Source of the DNA: Perna viridis
Lineage: Eukaryota
Direction of reading: 5' to 3'
DNA: 64,000 bases
Assembly: GCA_037379345.1 (NCBI GenBank)
Contig: CM074511.1
Coordinates: 72,050,862-72,114,861, forward strand
Shown: positions 27,830 through 40,847 of the stretch, piece by piece
How positions within the stretch are numbered: the stretch's first letter is position 1
How the letters are laid out: every line of letters starts with the position of its first letter
Position numbers and translations under genes: made by a program
Notes under the pieces: generated by a model
The model's input: the letters and a program-made list of their open reading frames with translations, nothing else
Told to the model about the DNA's origin: nothing
The model's database searches: none

Positions 27830-29405
27830 CCTGAGATGAGAGGTTCAAATGATCAAGCATCTCTCTAATGTTGTTTTCCCTTAGGTCATAGGGAATAAGA
27901 TGGTCAAGCATTTCTCTTAGTGTTATCTTTCTTGACCAGAGGTGAAGATAGTCAAGTGTTCTTCTTAATGTTGTCTTCAGTGGGTCATAGGGAATCAGAT
28001 GGTCGAGCATTTCTCTTAATGATATCTTCCTTGGACCAGAGAGGTTAAGATGGTCAGGTGTCTTTCTTAATGTTGTCTTCAGTGGGTCAGAGGGAACATC
28101 TCTCAAATGATATCTTCTTTGGACCAGAGAGGTTAAGATGGTCAGGTATCTTTCTTAATGTTGTCTTCAGTGGGTCAGAGGGAACATCTCTCAAATGATA
28201 TCTCCTTTGAACCAGAGAGGTGAAGATGGTCAGGTGTCTTTCTTAATGTGTCTTCCTTGGGACAGAGGGAACATCTCTCTAATGATATCTTCCTTGGACC
28301 AGAGAGGTTAAGATGGTCAGGTGTCTTTCTTAATGTTGTCTTCCTTGGGTCAGAGGGAATAAGATTGTCGAGCATTTCTCTTAATGTTATCTTTCTTGGA
28401 CCAGAGGTTAAGATGGTCAAGTGTTCTTAATGTTGTCTTCAGTGGGTCAGAGTGAACATCTCTCTAATGTTACATTCCTTGGACCAGAGATGTTAAGATA
28501 GTCAGGTGTCTTTCTTAATGTTGCCTTCCTTGGGTCAGAGGGAACATCTCTGTAATGTTATCTTCCTCGTACCAGAGAGGTTAAGATAGTCAGGTGTCTT
28601 TCTTAATGTTGTCTTCAGTGGGTCAGAGGGAACATCTCTGTAATGTTATCTTCCTCAGACCAGAGAGGTTAAGATGGTCAAATGTCATTCTTAATGTTTT
28701 CTTCATTTTCTTGGAGGGAACATCTCTCTGATGATATCTTCCTTGGACAAGAGGGGTTAAGATGGTCAAGTGTCTATCGTAATGTCTTCAGTGGGTCAGA
28801 GGGAATCAGATGGTTAAGCATCTCTCTTATGTGGTCTCCCTTAGCAAGAGAGTTTCATATAATCAGGAATCTCTCTAATGTTGTCTCTCTTGGGCCCAGC
28901 AGGTTTAGATGGTCAAGTGTCTGTCTAATGTTGTTTTATTTGGGTAGAGAGGTTCAGATGGTAAATAGTCGCTCTAACGATGTCCTCCTTGGCTGATGTG
29001 ACCACAAATGTACTGATTATGACGCATGCAAATGCTATTTTATCACCACTAATATATTCATGCCACAATGGAAGAGAGAGGTTTAGCACCCCGTAAAAAC
29101 CTAGCATTTCCATTGAAATGCCTGTACCAAGTCAGGACCATTGTTTTACCAGCTGCTCCAGTGGTGTAATATCTATTTTGCCAGAATTATTATTACCCTT
29201 ATTTGGGTCAAAGAGTTTCAGCATCTCTTATGTTGTCTTCTTTGGATCAGAGGGAATCAGATGGTCAAATGTCTCTCTAATGGTTGTATTACCAAAAGGT
29301 TTTGGTCTGAGAGGTTCAGGTGGTCAATTTTCTCTCTATCATGTTTTTCTTTTTTTTCAGTAGGGTTGAGATGGCCTAGTGTCTTTCAAATGCTGTCTTC
29401 CTTGG
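27830..29405. repeat. Complex satellite, ~88-bp dimeric unit (ggaccagagaggttaagatggtcaggtgtctttcttaatgttgtcttc...), degenerate at both ends
   Basis: Period 28033 to 28121; interrupted near 29.0-29.2 kb. Confidence 0.9.
29075..29165 (+). mobile_element. SINE core fragment (Nin/Deu-domain-like)
   Basis: aaatgcctgtaccaagtcagga resembles the conserved Nin/Deu SINE central domain (recalled). Confidence 0.5.
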
Positions 29406-30538
29406 AACATAAGTGACTTAGTAAGATATTTTTTCATTCTGTTTTATTCTATAAAAGAAGAATATTTTGAATGGTTCAAACTTTTGTGGTTCAGACAAAT
29501 CACAAACTGGAATTCCCATCTAAATGTTAAAAACAGTGAAATCCATGAATTCATATTTCCATGAAATCATAAAAGTTGATACCTTCTAATATGAATTCGT
29601 ATTTTTTGTGTGTGATAGGTTTAAAGAATGGTTTATCATTATATGTTTTACATATTAAAAATTTGAAAGGCTTCTAATTTGCCACATCATACACATTTTT
29701 ATTTTATACAAATTATGATTCAAATGTAAAAACCAACATGTAAAGATGGCATGAGGTCAAAATTAATTACCCCAATACAAGCTGACAGTACAAAATCTAA
29801 TGGCATGAATCTTCATTATAGATAGTTACATATTCCTAAAATCATTTATCATAATTTGGAAAATAGGATTTCTTTACTGTCTGACCAGAAATATGATGGC
29901 TTCTCATGCTATGATGTACTGGTCAGTAGTGATAGGAGATAACCAGTTTAACAGGTGTTAGTCAGATGCCTCATTTCAGTTTTATTTGGTGTGTAAAACA
30001 AAATGACCAGTTGGTCATCAGTTAACAATTATTATGGGAATGAATTTAATTAGTTAAAATTGGACAATTACCTCCTTCACTTTAATCTGCACTTAATTGT
30101 TAGTCTGACCTTTTTGTTCAGGGGTCAATCTGGTCATTCTAATACTAATGGTGTTTCAAGTTTAATCGTTGTTATCTTCAGCCCCATTTCTGTGATGAAA
30201 ATTTACATATGTGAGCAAATTTACATGATTTTTGCAAATATGTGTTCATATGTCTTTTTCAAATCTGCACATCAATTAATGAAATCTGAAGTGTTAGGGA
30301 TTTTTGCAGTATTTTATGAGGTGGGGGCCTTTAATTATCTTCTTTTTTCAGGTTACTATTCATATGTTAGTTACTGTTACAACAGGGATTATAAAAGTAA
30401 AATGTCTCAACCTCTAGAACTGCAGGACAGTGTGTGTGTGTGTGAAAATTTTTCATTCAATCTTTTTTCTTGAACAGAGGGAAAAATCCAACATTTTTCA
30501 GGTTGTACAAAATACTGCAGCTTCAGCTATAAATAATA

Positions 30539-32571
30539 GTTTCCAATACATTGTTAGATATAATACATCCAGATGATGATTCCAGGTTTAGTTTCCAATA
30601 TGTTGTTAGATATAATATATCCAGATGATGATTCCAGGTTTAGTTTCCAATACGTTGTTAGATATAATATATCCAGATGATGATTCCAGGTTTAGTTTCC
30701 AATATGTGGTTAGATATGATACATCCAGATGATGATTCCAGGTTAAGTTTCCAATACGTTATTAGATATGATGCATCCAGATGATGATTCCAGGTTAAGT
30801 TTCCAATACATGGTTAGATATAATACATCCAGATGATGATTTCAGGTTTAGTTTCCAATGCATGGTTAGATATAATACATCCAGATGATGATTCCAGGTT
30901 TAGTTTCCGATGCATGGTTAGATATGATACATCCAGATGATGATTCCAGGTTAAGTTTCCAATACATGGTTAGATATGATACATCCAGATGATGATTCCA
31001 GGTTAAGTTTCCAATACATGGTTAGATATAATACATCCAGATGATGATTCCAGGTTTAGTTTCCAATACGTTATTAGATATGATACATCCAGATGATGAT
31101 TCCAGGTTAAGTTTCCAATACATGGTTAGATATAATACATCCAGATGATGATTCCAGGTTAAGTTTCCAATACATGGTTAGATATAATACATCCAGATGA
31201 TGATTCCAGGTTTAGTTTCCAATGCATGGTTAGATATGATACATCCAGATGATGATTCCAGGTTAAGTTTCCAATACATGGTTAGATATAATACATCCAG
31301 ATGATGATTCCAGGTTTAGTTTCCAATACATGGTTAGATATAATACATCCAGATGATGATTCCAGGTTAAGTTTCCAATACATGGTTAGATATAATACAT
31401 CCAGATGATGATTCCAGGTTTAGTTTCCAATGCATGGTTAGATATAATACATCCAGATGATGATTCCAGGTTTAGTTTCCAATACATGGTTAGATATAAT
31501 ACATCCAGATGATGATTCCAGGTTAAGTTTCCAATACATGGTTAGATATAATACATCCAGATGATGATTTCAGGTTTAGTTTCCAATACGTTATTAGATA
31601 TAATACATCCAGATGATGATTCCAGGTTTAGTTTCCAATACATGGTTAGATATAATACATCCAGATGATGATTCCAGGTTTAGTTTCCAATACGTTATTA
31701 GATATAATACATCCAGATGATGATTCCAGGTTAAGTTTCCAATACGTTATTAGATATGATACATCCAGATGATGATTCCAGGTTAAGTTTCCAATACGTT
31801 ATTAGATATAATACATCCAGATGATGATTCCAGGTTTAGTTTCCAATACGTTATTAGATATGATGCATCCAGATGATGATTCCAGGTTAAGTTTCCAATA
31901 CGTTATTAGATATAATACATCCAGATGATGATTCCAGGTTAAGTTTCCAATACGTTATTAGATATGATACATCCAGATGATGATTCCAGGTTTAGTTTCC
32001 AATACGTTATTAGATATAATACATCCAGATGATGATTCCAGGTTAAGTTTCCAATGCATGGTTAGATATGATACATCCAGATGATGATTCCAGGTTAAGT
32101 TTCCAATACGTTATTAGATATGATATATCCAGATGATGATTCCAGGTTAAGTTTCCAATACGTTATTAGATATGATACATCCAGATGATGATTCCAGGTT
32201 AAGTTTCCAATACGTTATTAGATATGATACATCCAGATGATGATTCCAGGTTAAGTTTCCAATACGTTATTAGATATAATACATCCAGATGATGATTCCA
32301 GGTTTAGTTTCCAATACATTATTAGATATGATACATCCAGATGATGATTCCAGGTTTAGTTTCCAATACGTTATTAGATATAATACATCCAGATGATGAT
32401 TCCAGGTTAAGTTTCCAATGCATGGTTAGATATGATACATCCAGATGATGATTCCAGGTTAAGTTTCCAATGCATGGTTAGATATGATACATCCAGATGA
32501 TGATTCCAGGTTTAGTTTCCAATACGTTTTTAGATATAATAGGCATATCCAGATGATGATTCCAGGTTTAG
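30539..32571. repeat. Homogeneous satellite, 52-bp unit (gtttccaatacatggttagatataatacatccagatgatgattccaggttta), ~39 copies
   Basis: Period 30539 to 30591; essentially no indels until the last unit. Confidence 0.98.
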
Positions 32572-33021
32572 ACCCCCTCCTTATTGTTTGAAAATTTTGA
32601 TAATTTTGTACGATATTTTGGCACAAATGAGCAAATGATAGCCTTGACCCACCATCCTTTACAAAACTGTTGGATCAGACCCTGTCGTTCTGGATCTGCT
32701 CTTGAGTGTCTACAGTTTGAAACCTTCATTCTTGTATGCCTTCTGCTAGTGAGTTCAAATTGTTAGTTAGAATGATAACAGCATTTACTTGTACATGTAT
32801 CAACCACAAAATATATGCACCCTGTGTCTGTCTAGAGAGGGAACATTGCCACTTTTACCTAAGATAACTGTGCATTTATGATTACATATCACCAATAGCA
32901 CAGAATGAGCTATTGGTAACAGGAATTTCTGGCTTCTTGTTTCGTTTTCACTGCCAGTTTACATTTATGTTGCTGAAGTATATAGAGGCAATTGTTTTGC
33001 TGTACCTGTGTATAATGTTGT

Positions 33022-33110
33022 TTTGGGGCCAGCTGCACCCTGCCCTGTGGTATGAGGGTTTCCTCATCATTCATTGAAAACCCATGGTTGGCCTTCAGCT
33101 AATATTTTCT
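33022..33110 (+). mobile_element. Degenerate SINE relic (related copy at 49840-49970)
   Basis: Both copies share gggccagctgca...cattgaa.ac.cat...gccttca/aa and resemble bivalve V-SINE/RUDI-like bodies (recalled). Confidence 0.4.
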
Positions 33111-33221
33111 TACCGATGGTAAATAAATATCAGTCAGCTTTGTAGATCTAATGTAATCCTGCTTTGAACCTGTACATGGAATGGTTTTGTATTTGTTGAA
33201 AACATTTCTTTAATTATTCAT

Positions 33222-34320
33222 GTATTAGTAAGAGAAAGAGGAGGTCTTTATTATACAATTATACATTTAGTAGTACAATAGAGGAGAAATCTTTATTATA
33301 CATTAAGTAGTACAAGAGGGGAGAAGTCTTTATTATACAATTATACATTTTTATTATACAATTATACATTAAGTAGTACAAGAGAGGAGAAATCTTTATT
33401 ATACATTTAGTAGTAGGAGAGAGGAGAAGTCTTTACTGTACATTAAGTAGTACAAGAGAGGAGAAGTCTTTATTATACAATTATACATTAAGAAGTACAA
33501 GAGAAGAGAAATATTATTATACATTTAGTAGTATGAGAGAGGAGAAGTCTTTACTATACATTAAGTAGTACAAGAGAGGAGAAGTCTTTATTATACAATT
33601 ATACATTTAGTAGTACAAGAGAGGAGAAATATTTATTATACATTTAGTAGTATGAGAGAGAAGAAATATTTATTATACATTTAGTAGTGTGAGAGAGGAG
33701 AAGTCTTTATTATACAATTATACATTTAGTAGTACAAGAGAGGAGAAATATTTATTATACATTTAGTAGTACGAGAGAGGAGAAATATTTATTATACATT
33801 TAGTAGTATGAGTGAGGAGAAGTCTTTTCTATACATTTAGTAGTACAAGAGAGGAGAAATCTGTATTATACATTTATTACTACAAGAGAGAAGTCTTTAC
33901 TATACATTTATTAGTATGAGAGAGAAGTCTTTATTATACAATTATACATTAAGTAGTACAAGAGAGGAGAAGTCTTTATTATACAATTATACATTTAGTA
34001 GTACAAGAGAGGAGAAATCTTTATTATACATTTAGTAGTACAAGAGAGAGGAGGCCTTTATTATACAAGTAGTAATAAGAGATAGGAGGTCTTTATTATA
34101 TATTTAGTGGTAAGAGAGAAGAGGTCTTTATTATACATTTAGTAGTAAGAGAGAGGAGAAGTCTTTATTATACATTTAGTAGTAAGAGAGAGGAGAAGTC
34201 TTTATTATAGATTTAGTAGTAAGAGAGAGGAGAAGTCTTTATTATACATTTAGTAGTAAGAGAGAGGATAAGTCTTTATTATAGATTTAGTAGTAAGAGA
34301 GAGGAGAAGTCTTTATTATA
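33222..34320. repeat. Minisatellite, 37-bp unit (gtctttattatacatttagtagtacaagagaggagaa), 45-bp variant with an extra attataca, ~28 copies
   Basis: Period 34161 to 34198. Confidence 0.95.
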
Positions 34321-36666
34321 CTCAGATCGGACATTGATTTTTAACTGATCACTTGAATGTAGTCAGTCATTTATAACCTCAACATCTATAAATATGAAGT
34401 GGTCTTTGATCCTTACTGATAGTATAAATGGTATTTAGAAGGACTTTTGAATATTAATTTTCTGTGTATTCCCAGGTGTATATTCTGGTATGATTGATTG
34501 GTCAGTTATTTAATTGCAAAAATTGATATTTAACAGTTAAAAGATCCTTTTTAATGCAGATTTTATTTCTGATTAATGAGATGGTGTATATAATTGACTT
34601 TTATCTTTCTGTGCTTGGTTCAATGTCTTCCTTATAGATATAAAAATCCATCAAAATTACATAACCCACTCAGTCTTTTAACCCTGTCATTTGTTTAAAG
34701 CTCAGAGACGAAATTATGACATGTTGTTTTCTTTATTATGGATTTATCTGCATAAATTTCCAGCTTTTCCCATGCTTAACTAATTGTTATGATGGTATAG
34801 TTGGTCTTATGTAAATGTTTAGTTTTATGGAATATGTGGATATAGAGTTCATTTATGTATGCTAGTTGGAAGATTAGTATCTATTACAGCTTGGAATAAT
34901 CTGAAGGTGGTGGTAGTGGTATTTCACTACATTGTTTATGGCAACAATTATACATTGTTCAAACTGAAAATCTATGTTTATTGTTGAGTCCACTTTCACA
35001 ATATTATCTCATTTTACAGTTTTACACTCTGTGTACAAATCTGATCTTAGCATTACTGTTGTAACAGATTAAGTGGACTTCCTAGGGTTCAATATAAAAT
35101 GTTCTGTACAAAGAAACCTTTCCTTCTTTCAAATTTGTAAAGATATTTATCATGTTTATATGTAACTTTAAAAAGAATCCCAACTTGATTTAAAATTCAA
35201 TTAGTATTATTGGACTGATGATGGGAGTTTTATGTGAAACGATGGGCCTGTTAAGTCAGATCCTTAGAATATGGCATGTTTCAATTGACCTTTTTACCTG
35301 TTCTCACTTTTTGATCATCTTAGGGTGAAACTGAGACATATGTAGAAAGGTCTTAGGCAGTGAAAGACATTAACATGTTTCTCACAGAACTTGTTTTACA
35401 GTTGGTATGCATGTGGTCAGTTTATGTATGATTGAAGATGCTATAAATTAAGTTTGTTTGACACATACAACAATATCAAATTGCTACTTCTAAGTGTCCA
35501 GTCTAGGTTTTCAATGTTTTCTTTATATTTTACTGCAATATCGTGTGGCTTTCATTGCTGAGATAGTGTTTTGTCAATTTTAACATGTTTGTTATGTAGG
35601 TAACTGCATATGCAGACATAGAAAACCACAGAATCTACATTTATTAAAATGAAGAGATACTGTTTCTATTGGTTATCATTGCTCTTACTAACATTGACAG
35701 TCTCATATTTATCTGGTTTATAAAGTTAAATTAGTTGATTAATCTATGTCAGCTCTTATGATTTGTAATATTATCACTAGTTAGATAATTGAGAATTATA
35801 AATCCTGATTAGACCTTTCTATTGTTGGCTGTGGGAAGTTAATTGATGACACAATTTAGTCAATAACTTGAGTGTTGTTGTCTTTGTTATTCTGTTTGTT
35901 AATCAGTTTCTATTTGTTTAAGTGATTGACCTGGTGTGAAAGGTCAACATAAACTGGTTTAATTAGGAATCCAGTATAATGTCATGGTCAATTATTTAAC
36001 AGTGTAAGGAGGGATTAAATTAGTGTAGTGGGGGATTTAGCAACTTACAAAGGAAGTTATTTAAGAACCCTTAAAACTTTCAACTCTTCAATTATAGTTT
36101 ATTAATTGAAGATGATTAGTTGTCTCTATGGATAGTGTGGTTTTATGAATGGATGTCCCATATCACTGATGCACCAGAACTGTGTACCTTTATAGTTACA
36201 TGCTTTAGTACACATTACAGAATTAACTCTGATCCATTCCTTAGTATCAGGAGTATAAAAGTCACTATAGGATTGTCTTAGATCTAGGTCAGTTATAGTA
36301 GGGACTACTTTTCTGTTAGGGATGGGCACTTAGATTTAGCACCTTCCACATCATTTACTATGATATTTCATTAGAAGTTGAATATTTAAGGTGTTAAGAC
36401 ATGAAGATAGATGCAGTGTGATCTCTCTATTTATTCAAACAATATATTTCAAATGTTTGTGCTCTTTTTGTATTAGTTGGTTAAGGTCATAGGTCTTTGT
36501 TCAGAAGTCTAACCTTTGGAAGGATCTGTGATATTGTAATGATGTTGTTATGAAGCTTAAGTGCAAATGAGTCAATAATGATACTTCAGTGTTTCATCAT
36601 GTTTTTGTTTAAACAAAAAAAAGGTCTTACTTTATAACAGAAGTACATGTAATAGTTATATTATGT

Positions 36667-36948
36667 AATGGTCAAATCATTTAATGGTCAAATTATGGAA
36701 TGGTCACATCACACAATGGTCAAATCATGTAGTGGTAAAATCACAAAATGGCCAAATCATGTAGCGGTCAAGTCAACAAAAGTAATTATCAAAGCACATA
36801 GGGATCAAATCATGAAGTGGTCAAATCACAGTGATCAAATCGACAAACGTCTTTGTCAAAGCACATAAGGGTCAAATCATGAAGTGGTCAAATCACAGTG
36901 ATCAAATCAACAAACGTCTTTGTCAAAGCACATAAGGGTCAAATCATA
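36667..36948. repeat. Short-unit ggtcaaatca repeat with a ~67-bp duplication
   Basis: Repeated tggtcaaatca; caaagcacata at 36790, 36857 and 36924. Confidence 0.8.
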
Positions 36949-36955
36949 CAGTTAT

Positions 36956-37823
36956 AGTGGAGTCTGTGTTGCTCATTTACTTGTGTTTCTATGTGTATAT
37001 TATTTTGGTTATTGCGTGTTCTTTGTGTGGTGTGTCTATTTCTTGTCTAGTCTTTATCCTTGGATTATATTATTTGGGTTATTTCATGTCTTAGTATGAT
37101 GTGTCTATTTTCCTTGTCTAGTCTTTATCCTTGGATTATATTATTTGGTTATTTCATGTTCTTTGTTTGGTGTGTCTATTTCTTGTCTAGTCACTCTCCT
37201 TGGATTATGCCATTTGGGTTATTTTATGTTCTGTGTATGGTGTGTCTATTTTCCTTGTCTAGTCTCTCTCCTTGTATTATATTATTTGGGTTATTTCATG
37301 TTCTTTGTTTGGTGTGTCTATTTCTTGTCTAGTGTCTCTCCTTTGATTATATTATTAGGGTTATTTCATGTTCTTTGTGTGGTGTGTCTATTTTCCTTGT
37401 CGAGTCTCTCCTCAGATTATATTACTTGGGTTATTTCATGTTCTTTGTGTGGTGTGTCTATTTTCCTTGTCTAGTCTCTCCTCGGATTATACTATTTGGG
37501 TTATTTCATGTTCTTTGTTTGATGTGTCTATTTTCCGTGTCTAGTCTCTCCTCAGATTATATTATTTGGGTTTTTTCATGTTCTTAGTTTGATGTGTCTA
37601 TTTTCCTTGTCTAGTCTTTATCCTTGGATTATATTATTTGGTTATTTCATGTTCTTTGTTTGGTGTGTCTATTTCTTGTCTAGTCTTTATCCTCGGATTA
37701 TATTATTTGGGTTATTTCATGTTCTGTGTATGGTGTGTCTATGTTCCTTGTCTAGTGTCTCTCCTTGTATTATATTAATTGGGTTATTTCATGTTTTTGT
37801 TTCCCATTCTATTCCTGGTTCCC
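36956..37823 (+). repeat. ~70-bp satellite (~11-12 copies) derived from a Naiad-type 3' UTR
   Basis: Begins agtggagtctgtgttgctcattt (compare 788-810 and the reverse complement of 51470-51500). The unit aligns to the UTR segment ending ...cctggatt, and the array ends with a terminal-like ...cctggttccc. Confidence 0.85.
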
Positions 37824-38542
37824 ATCAGCTAATGGTCGCATGACATAGTGTATAACATATAAACTTTGCATAAAATGGACCTTTTTATTATAAAAATAAA
37901 CTTATTATAAATAATTACAAAAGTTGTAGAATTTGAACTACAATGCATTATTTTAGAAGAAATGAACTATTATCACTATTTTTTGTACTGAACATATGAG
38001 TATCACTGCAAAAGTAAGTGATAATAAGATTTAAAAGTTTTGTTTCCAATATTACAAAAATGGCATTTTAATATGTGTTTGTCAGTCTTTGCAAATAGAA
38101 CTGGAAGTCTATGGAAAATTTTGTACAGAGTTCTCATGGATATAGATTTCTTGCACCAGAAGTTGTTGTTAAAATCAGTTGACCTCTAACAAGTCTTTAA
38201 CCTGTTTTGTCCAGGTGAGAAAACATATCAGCGCTCTCTGCACCCAATAACACAATAGGTGCAGTTGTAACATAATCTCTTTGTAGTAGTGATGTTAATT
38301 AAAACCAGATACTACATCTTTCCCATTGAATCATCATCTACACAATGGTATTCTTGTAGGAGGTATGTTACTCTCATGCATTGAATTGCTGACAGTTGTA
38401 GGAGGTATCCTCATACAGAAAACTCATTGTCTCTTCACTTGTATCATGGTGGGATAAGTTGTCCATCTTTGTCTTATGTTGTGTAAATGTGTGTCATGTC
38501 CTAATCATATGATTTTTGTTTCACTTTGTTTCCTGCTGTAGA

Positions 38543-38723
38543 CAGTGGCAGATCCAGAGTTTTAGGTAAGGGGGTCCCCAAAAAAAATTTCTTGACAGGA
38601 TCATTGGTGAGGATCACAAAGTGAGTGATTTTCATGATTTAAAACACACAATTTTTCAACAATTTTTTTTTCTAAAAGGGGGGGGGGGCTGGGTATCCAG
38701 GTGCCCTCCTGGATCTGCCACTG
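38543..38723. mobile_element. 181-bp MITE, hAT-like termini, 5-bp TSD
   Basis: Perfect 15-bp TIR cagtggcagatccag / ctggatctgccactg; flanks gtaga/gtaga. Confidence 0.88.
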
Positions 38724-39699
38724 GTAGATCTCTCCACATTGTTTCCTGCTGTAGGCCTCTCCTTTTTGTTTTCTGCTGTAGATCTTACCACTTTGTTTTC
38801 TGCTGTAGACCTCTCCATGGTCATATATGATTACAGATTATTTGATGATAGATGTCAAAACATTGACCATTCAGTATTCTGTGGTTAAATGACTCAAGCA
38901 AATCTTAGTATATGTTTATCAGTTGAACAGAATTCCAGGCTTTATTCGTTTTTAAAATGATATTTAGATGTCTGCTGTCCTTTTCTTTAATTGACTGGGT
39001 AATTCCTCCATACTTCCCCCTCTGAACAAAGAAGTCAAGGAGACGTGACACATCAGCATTTCTTTGTTATATGTTTTAAGGGTTTGTTTATGTTAAAAGT
39101 AATTTGAACACACAATGACATTGCCTTTGGTTATAATGACATTTAACACAATCACACACAAAGAAGATAAAGTGATCCAAAAATTGATGATATCTTTTTG
39201 GTCATTCAGTGTTTACTTTAGAGTCTGTAGTACCGAATGTAGATCAAATTTGGCTTCAACAGAAAGAAATGTTTTACCATTTGCTTGATCAAAATAAATA
39301 TTTAATAATATACTAGGATTTGGTTTTAATGCTGCATGTATTATATGAACCAGTTAGCAACTTCATACTCACTCGTATATGTCCAGGATTGATTTTATGA
39401 AAATGTAAGAATTATCTGTACATAGTATAGAAAGTTTATAACAAACTTAAAATATCTTGTAGGCCTCTTTATCTGTAACAAGTGTTCTGTTTTTGTTTTG
39501 GTTGAATTTTTAATTGTTTTATACAACACAATAACTGACATACATATGTTTTTTATCTTGAATCAGTTGATCAATTTTAACAAATGATTGACTACTTTAA
39601 ATGTTTGATATTTGCATACAGATGTAAATATTTGTGGTCAGACTGGTATTAGTGTAACAGTTTGTTTGTTTGTTTTCTAAAGAATGTTTTGGACTGGAG

Positions 39700-40335
39700 G
39701 TATACTCAATACATACTCCTACATGTCAGGTTTACCATGGTGTGTGCCTAGTTATATACTCAATACATGTATTCGTACATGTCAGGTCTGCCTAGTGCTA
39801 TACTCAATACATGAACTTGTACTTGTCAGGTTTGCTGTGGTATGTGCCTAGTTTTATAATCAATACATGTACTTGTACTTCTCAGATTTACTGCAGTATG
39901 TGCCAAGTTTTATACTCAATACATGTATTCATACATGTCAGGTCTGCCTAGTTTTATACTCAATACATGAACTCGTACTTGTCAGTTTTGCTGTGGTATG
40001 TGCCTAGTTTTACACTCAATACATGTACTCGTACTTGTCAGGTTTACTGTGGTATGTGCCTAGTTTTATACTCAATACAAGTGATCATATATGTCAGGTT
40101 TACCATGGTATGTGCCTTGTTTTGTACTCAATACATGTACTTGTACTTCTCAGATTTAATGCAGTATGTGCCTAGTTTTATACTCAATACATGTACATGT
40201 ACTTGTCAGGTTTACTATGGTATGTGCCTAGTTTTATACTAATTACTTGTACTGGTACATGTCAAGTTTACCACACTATTTGCCTAGTTTTACACTAGTA
40301 CATATCAGGTTTACCACAATATGTGCCTAGTTTGT
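39700..40335. repeat. Minisatellite, ~55-bp unit (tatactcaatacatgtacttgtacttgtcaggtttactgtggtatgtgcctagttt); degenerate copies continue at 40850-41090
   Basis: Direct inspection; split by the MITE at 40381. Confidence 0.9.
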
Positions 40336-40380
40336 CAGTTTAGGCAGAATGAGATAAGAGGAACTCACCCATGTAGTGTA

Positions 40381-40847
40381 GGTCTCAGTATCGTATTAAT
40401 TTTCCCATAGACTTCTATAGTGAAGTGCATATTTTTAGGATTTTTAAAAAAATATGTAAATTGATTCAATAAAACTTTCACTTATGTAACATTTCTAAGG
40501 ACATGTGAAAAAATAATTTCCCACAAAGAAAATAGGGTGAGTCCACGAAGATCGGACAGAAAAGTAGTCTTAAACTATAAATAGCCATTTTCCCTACTTT
40601 CACTTTCGTTTTGCACTCACCAAACCAACCTTTTCAGTGGAACATTTTTATGATATTATGTTAGATTTTCGTTTAAAAAAGTTCTTCATCTTACAGTGTG
40701 ATGTTTGCTCTATTTTATAAGTCATTGTTCATATCTTTTGACAAAATATTAGTTTGTAGAGAGGCAAAAAGAAAATGCACCATATTTTTATAGCATCCAT
40801 GTTTTGACGTACACCTGCTCAGGGATATGCAATACGATACTGGTACC
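40381..40847 (-). mobile_element. 467-bp MITE copy A, 4-bp TSD (possibly Sola superfamily)
   Basis: 17-bp TIR ggt(ct/ac)cagtatcgtatt; TSD tgta/tgta; reverse complement of 42251-42717. Strand label is arbitrary. Confidence 0.92.

Noticed and set aside
30539-32571. CRISPR-like regular array, or a C/D snoRNA cluster (ATGATGA box C in every unit)
   Set aside because: No unique spacers and no cas genes. No box D (CTGA) or terminal stem in the unit. It is a plain satellite.
35215-35250. Hammerhead ribozyme cores (CTGATGA...GAAA) here and near 4373, 42011 and 49618
   Set aside because: No stem II or flanking stems can be formed at any of these sites.
37060-37843. Hydrophobic membrane-protein-like ORFs
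   Set aside because: T-rich satellite derived from a retroelement UTR.
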